Notes: generated from the sequence alone by a model not told the origin. 64,000 nucleotides of DNA from Bacteroidales bacterium (GCA_038212135.1 JBBQUX010000003.1:350-64349); one strand, 5' to 3'; positions 10,692 to 20,374 are shown, counted from the first letter of the stretch. Numbers and translations are program-made.

Positions 10692-11309
10692 TTATTCGGC
10701 TTGAGGCAGTTCAATATTCATTTCTTCTGTTGATTTATATTCTACGTAAAACTTTTTTACATCGAATTTCAGGGAATCAAATTCGTTTTCCGGCAATTCG
10801 TCAATTTCAACTGTACCAGCGTCGTTCATAAAGTTATCTGCATCGAACTTAAGATATTCCAGGTCAGTAGCCGGTAATTCAATATTGTCATCTGAACTGA
10901 GACTGTTTTCGGATGTATAATCTGAAACATCGAATTTCAAATAATCATATTCATCTTCCAAATAGCCAGCAACATTGAATTTCAGGTAACTGAAATCAGA
11001 TTCTTCAACAGGCAAAGCAATCAGATCTGCTTTAGCAGCTTCTTCAGTTTCGGGGTAGTCGGCTACATTAAATTTCAGATAATTGAAATCAGCAGATGGT
11101 ATTGCCTGAGCAGTGGGTTGTGTTTCTTCTGTTCTGTAAGCTACAGATGCCAGTGCGGTGGTGTGCGAAAGCATATTTGTTTTATAATTGGTGAAATCGT
11201 AAGTCGAAACCTGGTAGGAATGTTCTGCATCCATGTAGCTGGGGGTTCCGCCAAAGGTTATCATCAGGAAGAAAGCTGCAATGCTCGAAACTAATATTGA
11301 TGTTTTCAT
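10692..11309 (-). CDS. Secreted acidic repeat protein of unknown function, with six [DE][FY].[YS]LKF[ND][VA] motifs alternating with [IAD][EA]LP motifs
   Basis: ORF-track frame 10692..11390. That start codon is TTG. The ATG at 11309 gives MKTSILVSSIAAFFLMITFGG, which looks like a signal peptide. Confidence 0.7.
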   Translation of the reverse strand: MKTSILVSSIAAFFLMITFGGTPSYMDAEHSYQVSTYDFTNYKTNMLSHTTALASVAYRTEETQPTAQAIPSADFNYLKFNVADYPETEEAAKADLIALPVEESDFSYLKFNVAGYLEDEYDYLKFDVSDYTSENSLSSDDNIELPATDLEYLKFDADNFMNDAGTVEIDELPENEFDSLKFDVKKFYVEYKSTEEMNIELPQAE

Positions 11310-11684
11310 GGCTTTTTGATTTTGAACCCTTTCGGGTATTTGGGTTTTTGGTTTTTTATTTTGTATTTGAACATATGACGTGGTGGGCAAATAAATGTTA
11401 CAGCTAAAAGGGTTAATGAATGTTTAAATCGGTTAATGCGGTAAAATTCCCGGTGAATACGCTTAAAATTATGATGAATTTATGCTGTAAATTGCTTGAA
11501 AGCAATGAATTGTATCTGAAAAAAAATCAATTTTCTGAACCCAGGCATATGACCAGCATGTCAGGATATAGTTTCGCCGGGAAAAGATATGCTTTGATTT
11601 TTGTACTAATTTTGGTAAAAGTAAAATTGACCATGAGTTCCTGTTTAATTGCCTTTATAATTCATGATTAACAGCCGTTACAAT

Positions 11685-12278
11685 ATGAAAAAACTGATTT
11701 TATTACTTAGTATAATGATATCACTAGTAGCACAAGCACAAATCGACTCAAAAAAAACAGCATTGCTGATCATTGATATTCAGAATTTCTATTTTGCAGG
11801 TGGTGTCTTGGAATTGACTGATCCTATCCCTGCGAGTCTCAATGCCCAGAAGCTGCTTTTTAGTTTCCGGCAAAGTGAGCAATTGATTGTTCACATAAAG
11901 CATGGTTCAGGTGCCAGGTCAGAAATACATGAAAATGTTGTTCCGCTGGCAGCCGAAAAAATAATCGTTAAAAATGAAGTGAACAGTTTTCTGAAAACTG
12001 ATTTGCTGGACTATTTAAATAAAAATGAAATCACGAACCTCATAATCTGCGGTATGCAGACTCACATGTGTGTGGAAGCCGCCACCCGGGCAGCAGCTGA
12101 TTACGGATTCGAATGCACTGTAATTCACGATGCCTGTGCGACCAGAAGCCTTTCATTTAACCGGAAAACAGTGAAAGCTAAAGATGTTCATACATCAACT
12201 CTCGCAACTCTTAAATCGTATTCAAAAATTATGAGCACAAATGAGTTTTTAAATAAAAAGGATAAGAATTCAAAATGA
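11685..12278 (+). CDS. Isochorismatase-family cysteine hydrolase with signal peptide
   Basis: ALLIIDIQNFYF and ICGMQTHMCVEAATRAA motifs. The internal ATG at 11685 gives MKKLILLLSIMISLVAQAQ. Confidence 0.85.
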   Translation: MKKLILLLSIMISLVAQAQIDSKKTALLIIDIQNFYFAGGVLELTDPIPASLNAQKLLFSFRQSEQLIVHIKHGSGARSEIHENVVPLAAEKIIVKNEVNSFLKTDLLDYLNKNEITNLIICGMQTHMCVEAATRAAADYGFECTVIHDACATRSLSFNRKTVKAKDVHTSTLATLKSYSKIMSTNEFLNKKDKNSK

Positions 12279-12292
12279 ACTCTGTTCATCAT

Positions 12293-12325
12293 CCCTGAAA
12301 CCTGAAACCTGAGACTTTGAAACTC
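12293..12325 (+). repeat. Short CTGAAAC-type heptamer array
   Basis: ccctgaaa cctgaaa cctgaga ctttgaa actctgc, directly after the stop of the hydrolase gene. Confidence 0.6.
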
Positions 12326-12386
12326 TGCACTTCGGCTTGTTTCGACTTCGTAAAACAACCATCGCTCAGTGCATTGAATCGTTATA

Positions 12387-12518
12387 ACCCTCCATACTCT
12401 CCAAACCCTTCAAACTCTCCAAACCCTTCAAACTCTTCAAACCCTTCAAACTCTCCAAACCCTCTAAACCCTCCAAACCCTTCAAACCCTTCAAACCGAA
12501 CCCCCAATCCCTGAAAAA
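12387..12518 (+). repeat. CTTCAAAC/CTCCAAAC nonamer tandem array (~14 units), nearly G-free, ending at the ATG of the next gene
   Basis: Read directly. I count only 2 G in ~130 nt. The array generates the spurious PSNSPNPSN and FEGFGEFEG ORFs in the track. Confidence 0.85.
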
Positions 12519-12746
12519 ATGCTTCCCGATTCTCAACTCCTTCTTCAGCTGGTCGAAATGAAGATGCCTTTCGGAAAATACAAAGGCACTCTGTTGTGCA
12601 ACCTGCCTGTTTCATATTTAGAGTGGTTTAACCGTAAAGGTTTTCCAGATGGGAAACTTGGTATGTTGCTCCGCACTATTCATGAAATAAAACTTAACGG
12701 GCTCGAAGACCTTCTCGATCCAATCAGAAAAATGCAAAAGTTGTGA
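12519..12746 (+). CDS. DUF3820-family protein
   Basis: The MPFGKYKG..L..LP..YL.WF...GFP.GKLG pattern is typical of DUF3820. Confidence 0.8.
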   Translation: MLPDSQLLLQLVEMKMPFGKYKGTLLCNLPVSYLEWFNRKGFPDGKLGMLLRTIHEIKLNGLEDLLDPIRKMQKL

Positions 12747-13228
12747 TGAAAGCCTCAACAATCAGCACTATAAAAAAGGAATTAAATATTTTGCCAACCG
12801 CTGATGTGGTTGATCTTTGCCTGAGATTGGCAAAATATAAAAAGGAAAATAAGGAATTACTCAGCTACCTGTTATTCGATTCCAATAATGAGCCTGAATA
12901 CATCCGGAATGTGAAGGCAGACATTGATAGTCAGTTCGGGGGAATAAACCTTAGCCACTTGTATTTTGCAAAAAAGAGCGTTCGTAAAATTTTGAAAACT
13001 ACTATCAAATTTATCCGGTATTCGGGGCATAAGCAAACCGAAGTTGAGCTGCTTATCTATTTTTGTACCAGGCTAAAAGCATCAGGCATTCGCATCGAAT
13101 CCAGTAATTCACTCAGCAATCTGTTTGCAAACCAGGTGCGAAAAATCAGGCAGGCCATCAGTGTGCTGCATGAAGATCTTCAGCATGACTATAATGAAGA
13201 ACTGGCTGCAATGATTAAACGCCAATAA
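12746..13228 (+). CDS. Conserved hypothetical protein
   Basis: 161-aa ORF. The ATG at 12746 overlaps the upstream TGA (TGATG), suggesting translational coupling. No motif recognised. Confidence 0.7.
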   Translation: MKASTISTIKKELNILPTADVVDLCLRLAKYKKENKELLSYLLFDSNNEPEYIRNVKADIDSQFGGINLSHLYFAKKSVRKILKTTIKFIRYSGHKQTEVELLIYFCTRLKASGIRIESSNSLSNLFANQVRKIRQAISVLHEDLQHDYNEELAAMIKRQ

Positions 13229-13274
13229 GTCCCGGCTTCTGACTCTAATTTCTTTATGAAATGCCTGTCGATAA

Positions 13275-13303
13275 AAAAGGCCGCCAGAATATGGCAGCCT
13301 TTT
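13275..13303. terminator. Bidirectional intrinsic terminator between convergent genes
   Basis: AAAAGGCCGCCA-gaata-TGGCAGCCTTTT, with an A-run on one side and a T-run on the other. Confidence 0.6.
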
Positions 13304-13320
13304 CTAAGCAGTACTATTGG

Positions 13321-16300
13321 TTATTTATTGATAACAAACCGCTTACTGAAACCAGTCTGTTTATTTTTGAGTTTCAGTATATAGATGCCATTGGTAAGTT
13401 GCGAAAGGTTCAGGGAATGCAGAAATTCATTTCTAATATTCAATCCTGATTCAGTATATAGAAGTTTGCCATTCAAATCATAAACATTCAGATCGTACTT
13501 ACCCGCTGGTATGGCCTGGCTTCTGATTGCAAACTGGCCTGTGTTTGGGTTTGGATACAATTCAATGAGCTTACTATCGGCATATTCCTCAATTCCGGTG
13601 CAGTCGAAGAAGGATACAGAGGCATTGCCTGTGGTAATACATCCATTGGCATCCGTCACCGTAACTGAATATAAATGAGTTCCCAGGCCTTTGCCAATAG
13701 TGTCAATCTGAATTTCAGAAGTTGTAGCACCACCCGGAGTCCATAAATATGACTGTGGATTGCTTATGGCGACATCAAACGTAAGTGTTTGATTTCCGCA
13801 TACAGATGTATCGTTGATAGCAACAGCGGGTAATGAATTAATTTTAACTACCTGAGTGGCAGTACCCGGGCATCCGTTTGTAGGATCTGAATACGTGTAG
13901 CTAATGGAAATATCACCAACGCCTGCAATATTTGGGTATAGAGTGTCACTTGAAACGCCATTGCCAGAGAAAACACCTCCTGAGGGAGAAGCAGTTAGCT
14001 TGACAGGTGAAGCACTTACACACACAGCAGCAACAGCATTTATAGTAACCAGGGGTATGGCATTTACTGTTATTGCCTGGATAAAGGAATTTGTACAACC
14101 ATTTACATCAGAATAGTAATAGGTTATATCATGATTTCCTGCTCCGGCAACAGCCGGATTGAATGAAATCCCATTTGCCACACCATTTCCTGAATAGAAA
14201 CCTCCTGTGGGAGTACCTCCGAAAAGATTGAATATAGCAGCTGATTCACAAACAGTATCAAGCGGATTGAGATATACCATTGGTAATTCATTGATAGTCA
14301 ATGAAACAGTGGCAGGCTGACTTTCACAACTGTTTGTTGTTTGAGTTACCGTATAATTGTAAATTCCTGTCGAAGCCTGGCCAGTATTAAATGCAGGTCC
14401 GGTTCCAACTGCAGTATTGCCTGAATACCATATCAGATCGGTTCCGGTGGCAGTAAGTTCAGGAACCGGCTGGCCGAAACAAATTGCCTCACTTGTGGCT
14501 AATGGAGGCTCAGGCGATGGTTTTACCGTGATATAATTGCTCATTACGCTTGTGTTCGAGCCCATTAGATTGGTAACAGTTAAAGTAACATCGTAACTTC
14601 CTTCTGTACTATACACAATTCCGGTTGGATTTTGAACAGTGGAAGTGGCTGGGGTTGCACCGGGGAATGACCATTCCCATGAACTTGGTGGGCCTGCAGA
14701 AAGATCAGTGAAATTAGTTGGCTGTCCTTCGCATGGATTTGTATTACCTGATGTAAAATTAGCTGTAGGCGGTAATGAAGCAACAACCCTTACTGTAACA
14801 GTGCGTTTATGAATGGGTGAGCCATTGCTTCCGGTCGTAGTGATTGTTACTGTGTAATCTCCGACCGGAGCGGTATTGCTGCTGATCTGGATCGGTATTT
14901 GTCCCGGATAAGACCATAGTTTATTTCCTTCCGGGTATGAAATGTTGAACATTCCAATCGCCGCATTTACGCTTGCACTCACAAAAACAGTGTCAGTGTA
15001 TAGTTTAACACTGGGTATTACGGCATAAAAAGTTGCAACAGGAGCAATTGTGTCTATTGCGGGTTGCGCCCTGAGTCCGTAATCCGGGAAATATCCAACA
15101 TAGCTGCCAAAGTTTCCATCGCGGAAATCAGTCCACGCCAAAATAGATGTTACTCCATTTGAAGCAACACCATTATAATCGCCGTAATAGGCAGGTGAGC
15201 CTCCGCCACCGCAGGATGTGCAATTAATCTTCATTTTTTTATTCGAAATCTTTTGATTAGGCTCAAAATTTATACCATCTGTAGTGTATGCTGCATACAT
15301 CATTGCACTGTCACTTGTCGGGCAATCGCGGGTATCCATCCATGAAATGTATAGTCTGCTTGTTTTTGAATCATGCCATACTGCTGGAAACCAATTGCTG
15401 TTATTCTGTGAATTAATATCGTCATTAACCGTTTTTGATGCTGACCAGGTAGTTCCGCCATTATCCGAATAGCGGCAGAAAATATCGGGTTTATTGCCAT
15501 TTCCGGACGGGAAATTTGATGCATATACTAAATAGAGTCTTCCGCGATTAGGTCCGTAGCTGTTATCAACTGAAATAAACGGATATGGACGTGTTCTCAT
15601 ATTTTGAACTGAATTCCGCCCGTTCGAGTTTACTCCTACATAATTGGAAAAATTCTGTGATGATTTAAATGTGTATGACTGACCACCATCATTCGATTCG
15701 TAGAATGTGTAAGTTGATGCAAATGAACTTCCCGAATTGGTTACAACATAAATTGCGCCACCCTGATTCGATTCTTTGGGCCCTACTGCAACCATCATTC
15801 CAGGGAGCGATTGAGTGTTCATATTCTGGGTATTGGTAAAATTTGCCCCGTTATTGATTGAGCGGGCATGATTTCCACCGCTGTTAGCAGTCATAACAGT
15901 ATAAATGTAATTTGAATAAGCACCCCCTGTCTGATCGGCAGCAATCCAGTTTTTATCTGCCCCAGCAATCGCAATCACAACCGGATCCCATGTTTGTCCA
16001 AAGTTTGTTGAAGTGGCAACTTTACAGCCCGATATATTCCCATACATGTTTTCATAAATAAGTCTTCCTGTACTATCGCTGGTAACAACCACATCACCGG
16101 CCATGCCCGTCCATGAAGGGTTTGATGCCGTCCAGTCGAAGCCATTTGAGGTGCGGTAACCCTTTCCTCCGGCAGTTCCGGTTGAATTCCATACTGCGTA
16201 CATTTCTGTCGGGTTAAGCGGATTAATGGTTATGCTGCATTCAGCAAAATCTGTACCCAGCTTAAAATTATCATAATCACCTATGGTTACCACTGTTGCC

Positions 16301-16464
16301 AGTGACGCATCGCCATCGGGTGCTTTATATCCCGGTACCATTACCATCGGGTCGCGGTGAATATTATTATCTTTGGTAGCAGGCTGCGCAAATGATTTTA
16401 TTCCGGTTAAAAGGAATAATGTTACGCTAAATGCAATTAATACATTAACAGTAAAAATTTTCAT
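13321..16464 (-). CDS. T9SS-secreted protein: BNR/Asp-box (sialidase-like) beta-propeller, PKD domain, Ig-like repeats, C-terminal sorting domain
   Basis: Signal peptide. Asp-box motifs STNFGQTW, SNDGGQSY and SDNGGTTW. PKD signature WEWSFPGATP. C-terminus ELYPNPNTGQF...NGIYILKLK...FVINK is typical of the T9SS CTD. Confidence 0.9.
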   Translation of the reverse strand: MKIFTVNVLIAFSVTLFLLTGIKSFAQPATKDNNIHRDPMVMVPGYKAPDGDASLATVVTIGDYDNFKLGTDFAECSITINPLNPTEMYAVWNSTGTAGGKGYRTSNGFDWTASNPSWTGMAGDVVVTSDSTGRLIYENMYGNISGCKVATSTNFGQTWDPVVIAIAGADKNWIAADQTGGAYSNYIYTVMTANSGGNHARSINNGANFTNTQNMNTQSLPGMMVAVGPKESNQGGAIYVVTNSGSSFASTYTFYESNDGGQSYTFKSSQNFSNYVGVNSNGRNSVQNMRTRPYPFISVDNSYGPNRGRLYLVYASNFPSGNGNKPDIFCRYSDNGGTTWSASKTVNDDINSQNNSNWFPAVWHDSKTSRLYISWMDTRDCPTSDSAMMYAAYTTDGINFEPNQKISNKKMKINCTSCGGGGSPAYYGDYNGVASNGVTSILAWTDFRDGNFGSYVGYFPDYGLRAQPAIDTIAPVATFYAVIPSVKLYTDTVFVSASVNAAIGMFNISYPEGNKLWSYPGQIPIQISSNTAPVGDYTVTITTTGSNGSPIHKRTVTVRVVASLPPTANFTSGNTNPCEGQPTNFTDLSAGPPSSWEWSFPGATPATSTVQNPTGIVYSTEGSYDVTLTVTNLMGSNTSVMSNYITVKPSPEPPLATSEAICFGQPVPELTATGTDLIWYSGNTAVGTGPAFNTGQASTGIYNYTVTQTTNSCESQPATVSLTINELPMVYLNPLDTVCESAAIFNLFGGTPTGGFYSGNGVANGISFNPAVAGAGNHDITYYYSDVNGCTNSFIQAITVNAIPLVTINAVAAVCVSASPVKLTASPSGGVFSGNGVSSDTLYPNIAGVGDISISYTYSDPTNGCPGTATQVVKINSLPAVAINDTSVCGNQTLTFDVAISNPQSYLWTPGGATTSEIQIDTIGKGLGTHLYSVTVTDANGCITTGNASVSFFDCTGIEEYADSKLIELYPNPNTGQFAIRSQAIPAGKYDLNVYDLNGKLLYTESGLNIRNEFLHSLNLSQLTNGIYILKLKNKQTGFSKRFVINK

Positions 16465-16529
16465 GTTTAAAAGAAATTATGTGGAGATGAAATTATTTAA
16501 AGATTACGTTGGATGAATCTTTTATTGTG

Positions 16530-16537
16530 CAAATTTA
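16530..16537 (-). promoter_or_regulatory. Candidate -7 box (TAaaTTTG) for the 13321-16464 gene
   Basis: Plus strand CAAATTTA, ~66 nt upstream of the start at 16464. Confidence 0.4.
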
Positions 16538-16550
16538 AACTATTTTCAAT

Positions 16551-16558
16551 TACTTTTG
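16551..16558 (+). promoter_or_regulatory. Candidate -7 box (TActTTTG) for the lipoprotein gene
   Basis: TACTTTTG lies 42 nt upstream of the ATG at 16600. It forms a divergent promoter pair with 16530-16537. Confidence 0.4.
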
Positions 16559-16599
16559 TTCACCCAAGATAACACTATTAACCTTAACACAAAAAAATT

Positions 16600-17115
16600 A
16601 TGAAATTTAGTCTTTTTCAGAAAGTATTAGCTTCAGTCAGCCTCGTTGTATTTGTTGTTTTATTAACAGGTTGTCCTTACTCGAGTAGCGTTCCGATTGA
16701 TGAAGGAACGGTTAAAATAGCAGCCGCTCTCGAGGGACAATGGTTGAGTTCACAGGATTTGGAATCAGAAAATCCAACTTATTATATTATTTCTAAAGAA
16801 AATAAGTTTCGCGCTAGTGCAAAAAAAATGGAATTTTCATCATCCGATAGTGCGTACAATGAAACCATTTATCACCTCACTTTTTCAGATGTAAATGGTG
16901 ATATCTTTATGAACGCTATCGAAGATGGTGGTACAACTTATAATTTGTATAAATTTAACTTCGATGAAAAAGCTGTTGAAATAAATACTTCCGAAGTCAC
17001 TGATTATATTAAGGAAACCTTCAGTACATCAAAAGAGTTAAATGATTTTATTGCCAAAAATAAGTCGAACAGCTATTTCTTTACCAATACAAACGAAACA
17101 TACGTTCGTAAATAA
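16600..17115 (+). CDS. Lipoprotein, function unknown
   Basis: Signal peptide with lipobox LLTGC. Confidence 0.75.
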   Translation: MKFSLFQKVLASVSLVVFVVLLTGCPYSSSVPIDEGTVKIAAALEGQWLSSQDLESENPTYYIISKENKFRASAKKMEFSSSDSAYNETIYHLTFSDVNGDIFMNAIEDGGTTYNLYKFNFDEKAVEINTSEVTDYIKETFSTSKELNDFIAKNKSNSYFFTNTNETYVRK

Positions 17116-17156
17116 AGGAACAAAACTCAAAGCAGGATTAATCTGCATTTTTAAAA

Positions 17157-17277
17157 CCCAAGTCTCAAATTCCAAATTTCAAGTCCCGGGAAGGATAAGG
17201 AAATAATAATGTGAAGATCAAAAGAAATGATGTCTTGAAATTTGGGTCTTGAAATTTGGGACTTGACATTTCAAATC
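17157..17277. repeat. Inverted arms built from 14-nt (2x7) GTCTTGAAATTTGG units between convergent genes
   Basis: The left arm cccaagtctcaaattccaaatttcaagtccc (17157-17187) is approximately the reverse complement of the right arm gtcttgaaatttgg gtcttgaaatttgg gacttgacatttca (17232-17277). Confidence 0.75.
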
Positions 17278-17307
17278 AGCAATTTATCTCTTTCTGAAAA
17301 ATGCCTT

Positions 17308-18120
17308 TTAAAGATTGCTGATCACTTCCTTAAAAAGCCGGATAAGCTTGATTTCAGCTTTCCCGGCTGTTTCGAGTATATCCTCAAGCCTTGCCGGAAC
17401 CAGGTTATCCGGGTCGCACAAATCAGTAATTACCGATACTGCAGCGCAAGGTAAGCCCATATGATTCGCAACAATTACTTCGGGTACTGTCGACATTCCT
17501 ACAACATCAGAACCAATCATGCCAAGGTAGCGGTATTCGGCACGGGTTTCGAGGTTAGGACCGGGAACAACGGCATAAACTCCCTTGTGCAGCGTTATGT
17601 TAAGCCTGGCTGCAGCTGATTCCATTTTTTTGTTTATAACAATTGAATATGGGCAACTCATGTCCGGGAAACGCGGTCCAAGTTCGTTAATATTTGTGCC
17701 GGTCAGCGGATTTTCAGGCAGCAGATTAATGTGATCGTCGAGCAACATCAAATCGCCTTTTTCGTAGCTTTTATTAATTGCTCCGGCAGCATTCGAAAGG
17801 AGTAACCACTTAACGCCCAATAGTTTCATTACCCTTATCGGCAAAGTTACCTGCTGAAGCGAATACCCTTCGTAAATATGAAACCGACCCTGCATGGCAA
17901 GTACTTTATGTCCTTCCAGATTTCCATAGATTAACCTTCCGCGATGTGATTCAACGGTAGATACCGGGAAATGAGGTATATCGGCATAATCGATTGCAAC
18001 TTCAATATCAATTTCCGAAACCAGTCTCCCCAAGCCGGTTCCTAAAACGATTCCTGTATCAGGAGAAGTAATACCTTTGCTTTGTAGAAAAGCTGCGACT
18101 TCTTTGATTATTTCAAACAT
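17308..18120 (-). CDS. Purine nucleoside phosphorylase (PNP family, inosine/guanosine type)
   Basis: GIVLGTGLG...HFP.STV.SH.G.L..G...G..V..MQGRFH.YEGY and the VGMSTVPE motif. Confidence 0.9.
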   Translation of the reverse strand: MFEIIKEVAAFLQSKGITSPDTGIVLGTGLGRLVSEIDIEVAIDYADIPHFPVSTVESHRGRLIYGNLEGHKVLAMQGRFHIYEGYSLQQVTLPIRVMKLLGVKWLLLSNAAGAINKSYEKGDLMLLDDHINLLPENPLTGTNINELGPRFPDMSCPYSIVINKKMESAAARLNITLHKGVYAVVPGPNLETRAEYRYLGMIGSDVVGMSTVPEVIVANHMGLPCAAVSVITDLCDPDNLVPARLEDILETAGKAEIKLIRLFKEVISNL

Positions 18121-18187
18121 ATATGGTGTATAAAATGTTAAATTACCACAAGAAAAGAACTTTGTGTAAGTTGCGGGGTAGCGACTG

Positions 18188-18195
18188 CAAAATTA
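18188..18195 (-). promoter_or_regulatory. Candidate -7 box (TAatTTTG) for the PNP gene
   Basis: Plus strand CAAAATTA, ~68 nt upstream of the start at 18120. Confidence 0.35.
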
Positions 18196-18240
18196 CACAA
18201 TCGCATCAACTCCTGGATTCATATATTTAGAATTTATACT

Positions 18241-18513
18241 TTGGATACACAAAACTTTGAAAAGCTACGCGAACAACTAAGTACAAATTTCATCTGGCCA
18301 TCGGTGTATATGTTTAAATTTATTGCACCGGCTGATAACCGTATTTTTGCCTTGTTGCACGACCTGTTTCCGCAACAGGCTGATTTCACCAACAGGCATT
18401 CGGCAGGCGGCAAATATGTGAGCATTACCGTGAAAGAAATGATGCTCAGTGCGGATGAAGTTATTGAGCGATACCAGAAAGCATCGGCCATTGAGGGTGT
18501 GATCGTACTATAA
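18241..18513 (+). CDS. DUF493 (YbeD-like) family protein
   Basis: 90 aa with WPSVYMFKFI, similar to the FP..Y.FK.IG DUF493 core. The start appears to be TTG. Confidence 0.7.
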   Translation: MDTQNFEKLREQLSTNFIWPSVYMFKFIAPADNRIFALLHDLFPQQADFTNRHSAGGKYVSITVKEMMLSADEVIERYQKASAIEGVIVL

Positions 18514-18538
18514 TTGTTTTAGCTTTATTTTTAACAGC

Positions 18539-18965
18539 ATGAATAACACCAATCTCATTCAAAATATACGAAAGTATGTTGAACTTGACGGAAACAAAAT
18601 TCCTGTTCTGGAAAAATACGTTAACCCTGTTAGCTTTACTAAAAATGAGTTCTTGTTAAAAGAAGGCCAGGTATGTCGATCCATGTATTTTGTTGAAAAA
18701 GGCTGCTTACGAATGTTCTTTATAAATAAAAAATCAACCGAACAGATTACGCAATTTGCGATTGAAAACTAGTGGTTATCCGACTACTTTAGCTTTATGG
18801 ATAAAATCCCTACTTATTATTACATCCAGGCTATTGAAAAGTCTGAAATAGCAGTGATTGATACCCTTTCATATGATGAATTGCTCAAAGAAACACCACA
18901 ATTGGAAAAATATTTCAGGATAATTATGCAAAAAGCTTTGGCCGCTGCGCAATACAAAGCAAAAA
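18539..18965 (+). pseudogene. Crp/Fnr-family regulator remnant: in-frame TAG at 18770-18772 and 3' truncation that removes the HTH domain
   Basis: The cNMP-binding region reads ...QFAIEN*WLSDYFSFM..., and a TGG codon would be expected at the stop. Recognisable sequence ends at ...AAAQYKAKT near 18965, where antisense sequence of the neighbouring remnant begins. Confidence 0.65.
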
Positions 18966-20205
18966 CACCTGTATTCAGCGTGTTAGCAGGTATATTGATT
19001 GTTGCAGTTTCATCTCCATGTTGCACTCCATCAATTTCCTGTATTACCTGATATTCTCCTCCATTAGCAGAAGTCTGGTATAAACAAACAGTAGCCTTTT
19101 GAAGGTATGCTAAGTTTTTAATTGTCACTACTATTGAATTATCTTCATCCAATCCAATATGTCTGGGCGTTACTTCCGCAATAAATCTTACAGGTTTTTT
19201 TGTATAATACATCATTTCGGGATCACCAAATTAGTTATTTGTAAGATATGTTTCATAATTATAATAATAATCATAATAAGGGCTTTTCCCTACATACCAA
19301 GCCCAGTCTGCTGTGCAATATCGGGTTTGTGTTTGATTAGTTCCCATATGGCAAGCTTTTAAAACTGAAGTTAAAGCACCTAATTTGTACTCTCCTGTAG
19401 GATCCAATCAACAAACTTGTTCAATGGTATAGAATTTACAAAGTTGTCAGGTACAACCACAACATAATCCATATTTGCCACTGTAGTTGAGCTTTGGTCT
19501 TTTTGTTTGATTACCTCAATATTGCTGATAAATGAATCTATCATTTCAGGGTTTTTTAATTATAGCAGATAATTCACTGACATAATAGTTAAAAAAAGAT
19601 CTTACCATCTTTACGGTTTGAGTTCCGTTATTTCCATTATTATCTGAATAATAAACAATTATATTCTTGGAAGTGCAAAACACAAGTTTATTTTCCTTTG
19701 GATAATATTTGAATGGAGTAAGATCAATTGTAACAATTTGTGCCAAATACCAATATCCAATATTAGAAATTGGCTCATCTGATGGGAAATAAGAATTGTT
19801 TAACTAAACTGACGAATCAATAGACGTAAACCCTGGTACAAGGCAATTAATGCAAGTTGGAACAGGAGACTGTGCAGGGAATATCTTATGGCTTAAGAAA
19901 ACCATAGTAGTATCTCCGCCGATAATTTTAATACTATCAATTCGACTCTGAGTTGGTATGAGAAATTTAACAGAAACCATGGGTAATGCAGGCTGCCCAG
20001 GTTGAGAAAGCGTCGCATCTGGCAATGCGGGGAAGTAGGTGTATATCTGATTGTCAGGACATAAGGCATCACACATAACAAAATCAGAAATTGAAAATCT
20101 TTCAGAGTGATTAATCTGGCAGATTGAATGCAATGAGCAGATAACCAGAGTAATGATAATAATATGTTGCTTCATAATTTTATAAATTTTAGGATATGTA
20201 AACAT
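18966..20205 (-). pseudogene. Decayed secreted peptidase-like gene (C25/gingipain-type propeptide similarity) with frameshifts, an in-frame TAA and large internal/terminal deletions
   Basis: The pieces lie in three frames: signal peptide plus GQPALPMVSVKFLIP propeptide-like segment (19804-20205); ...VTIDLTPFKYYPKENKL (19546-19746); DYVVVVPDNF...; ...YLTNN*FGDPEMMYY... followed by an Ig-like piece ending near 18966. No C-terminal sorting domain. The family assignment is tentative. Confidence 0.5.
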
Positions 20206-20374
20206 AGTGTATATTAGTAAAATTGCAACATAGTCAAGAAAAAAATATAGGTAATTAATCTCTTATTAGAATTACAATCATAAACCAACCAATTCCCATC
20301 AATTGCAAATTAAAGAGTGAAAAAGCAAATCTTATCCCTGACCTCCGTTGGAATATGGCCTTTCAACTCAGATT

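Noticed and set aside
12317-12615. ORFs 12317-12514 (+, PSNSPNPSN...) and 12382-12615 (-, FEGFGEFEG...)
   Set aside because: Low-complexity translations of the CTTCAAAC tandem array. They have no independent coding signal and overlap each other on opposite strands.
18770-18772. In-frame TAG in the Crp-like gene as evidence of stop-codon reassignment or programmed read-through
   Set aside because: TAG clearly terminates other well-supported genes here (32374-32376, 57350-57352, 58119-58121). The same gene is also 3'-truncated, so ordinary pseudogenisation is the simpler explanation.
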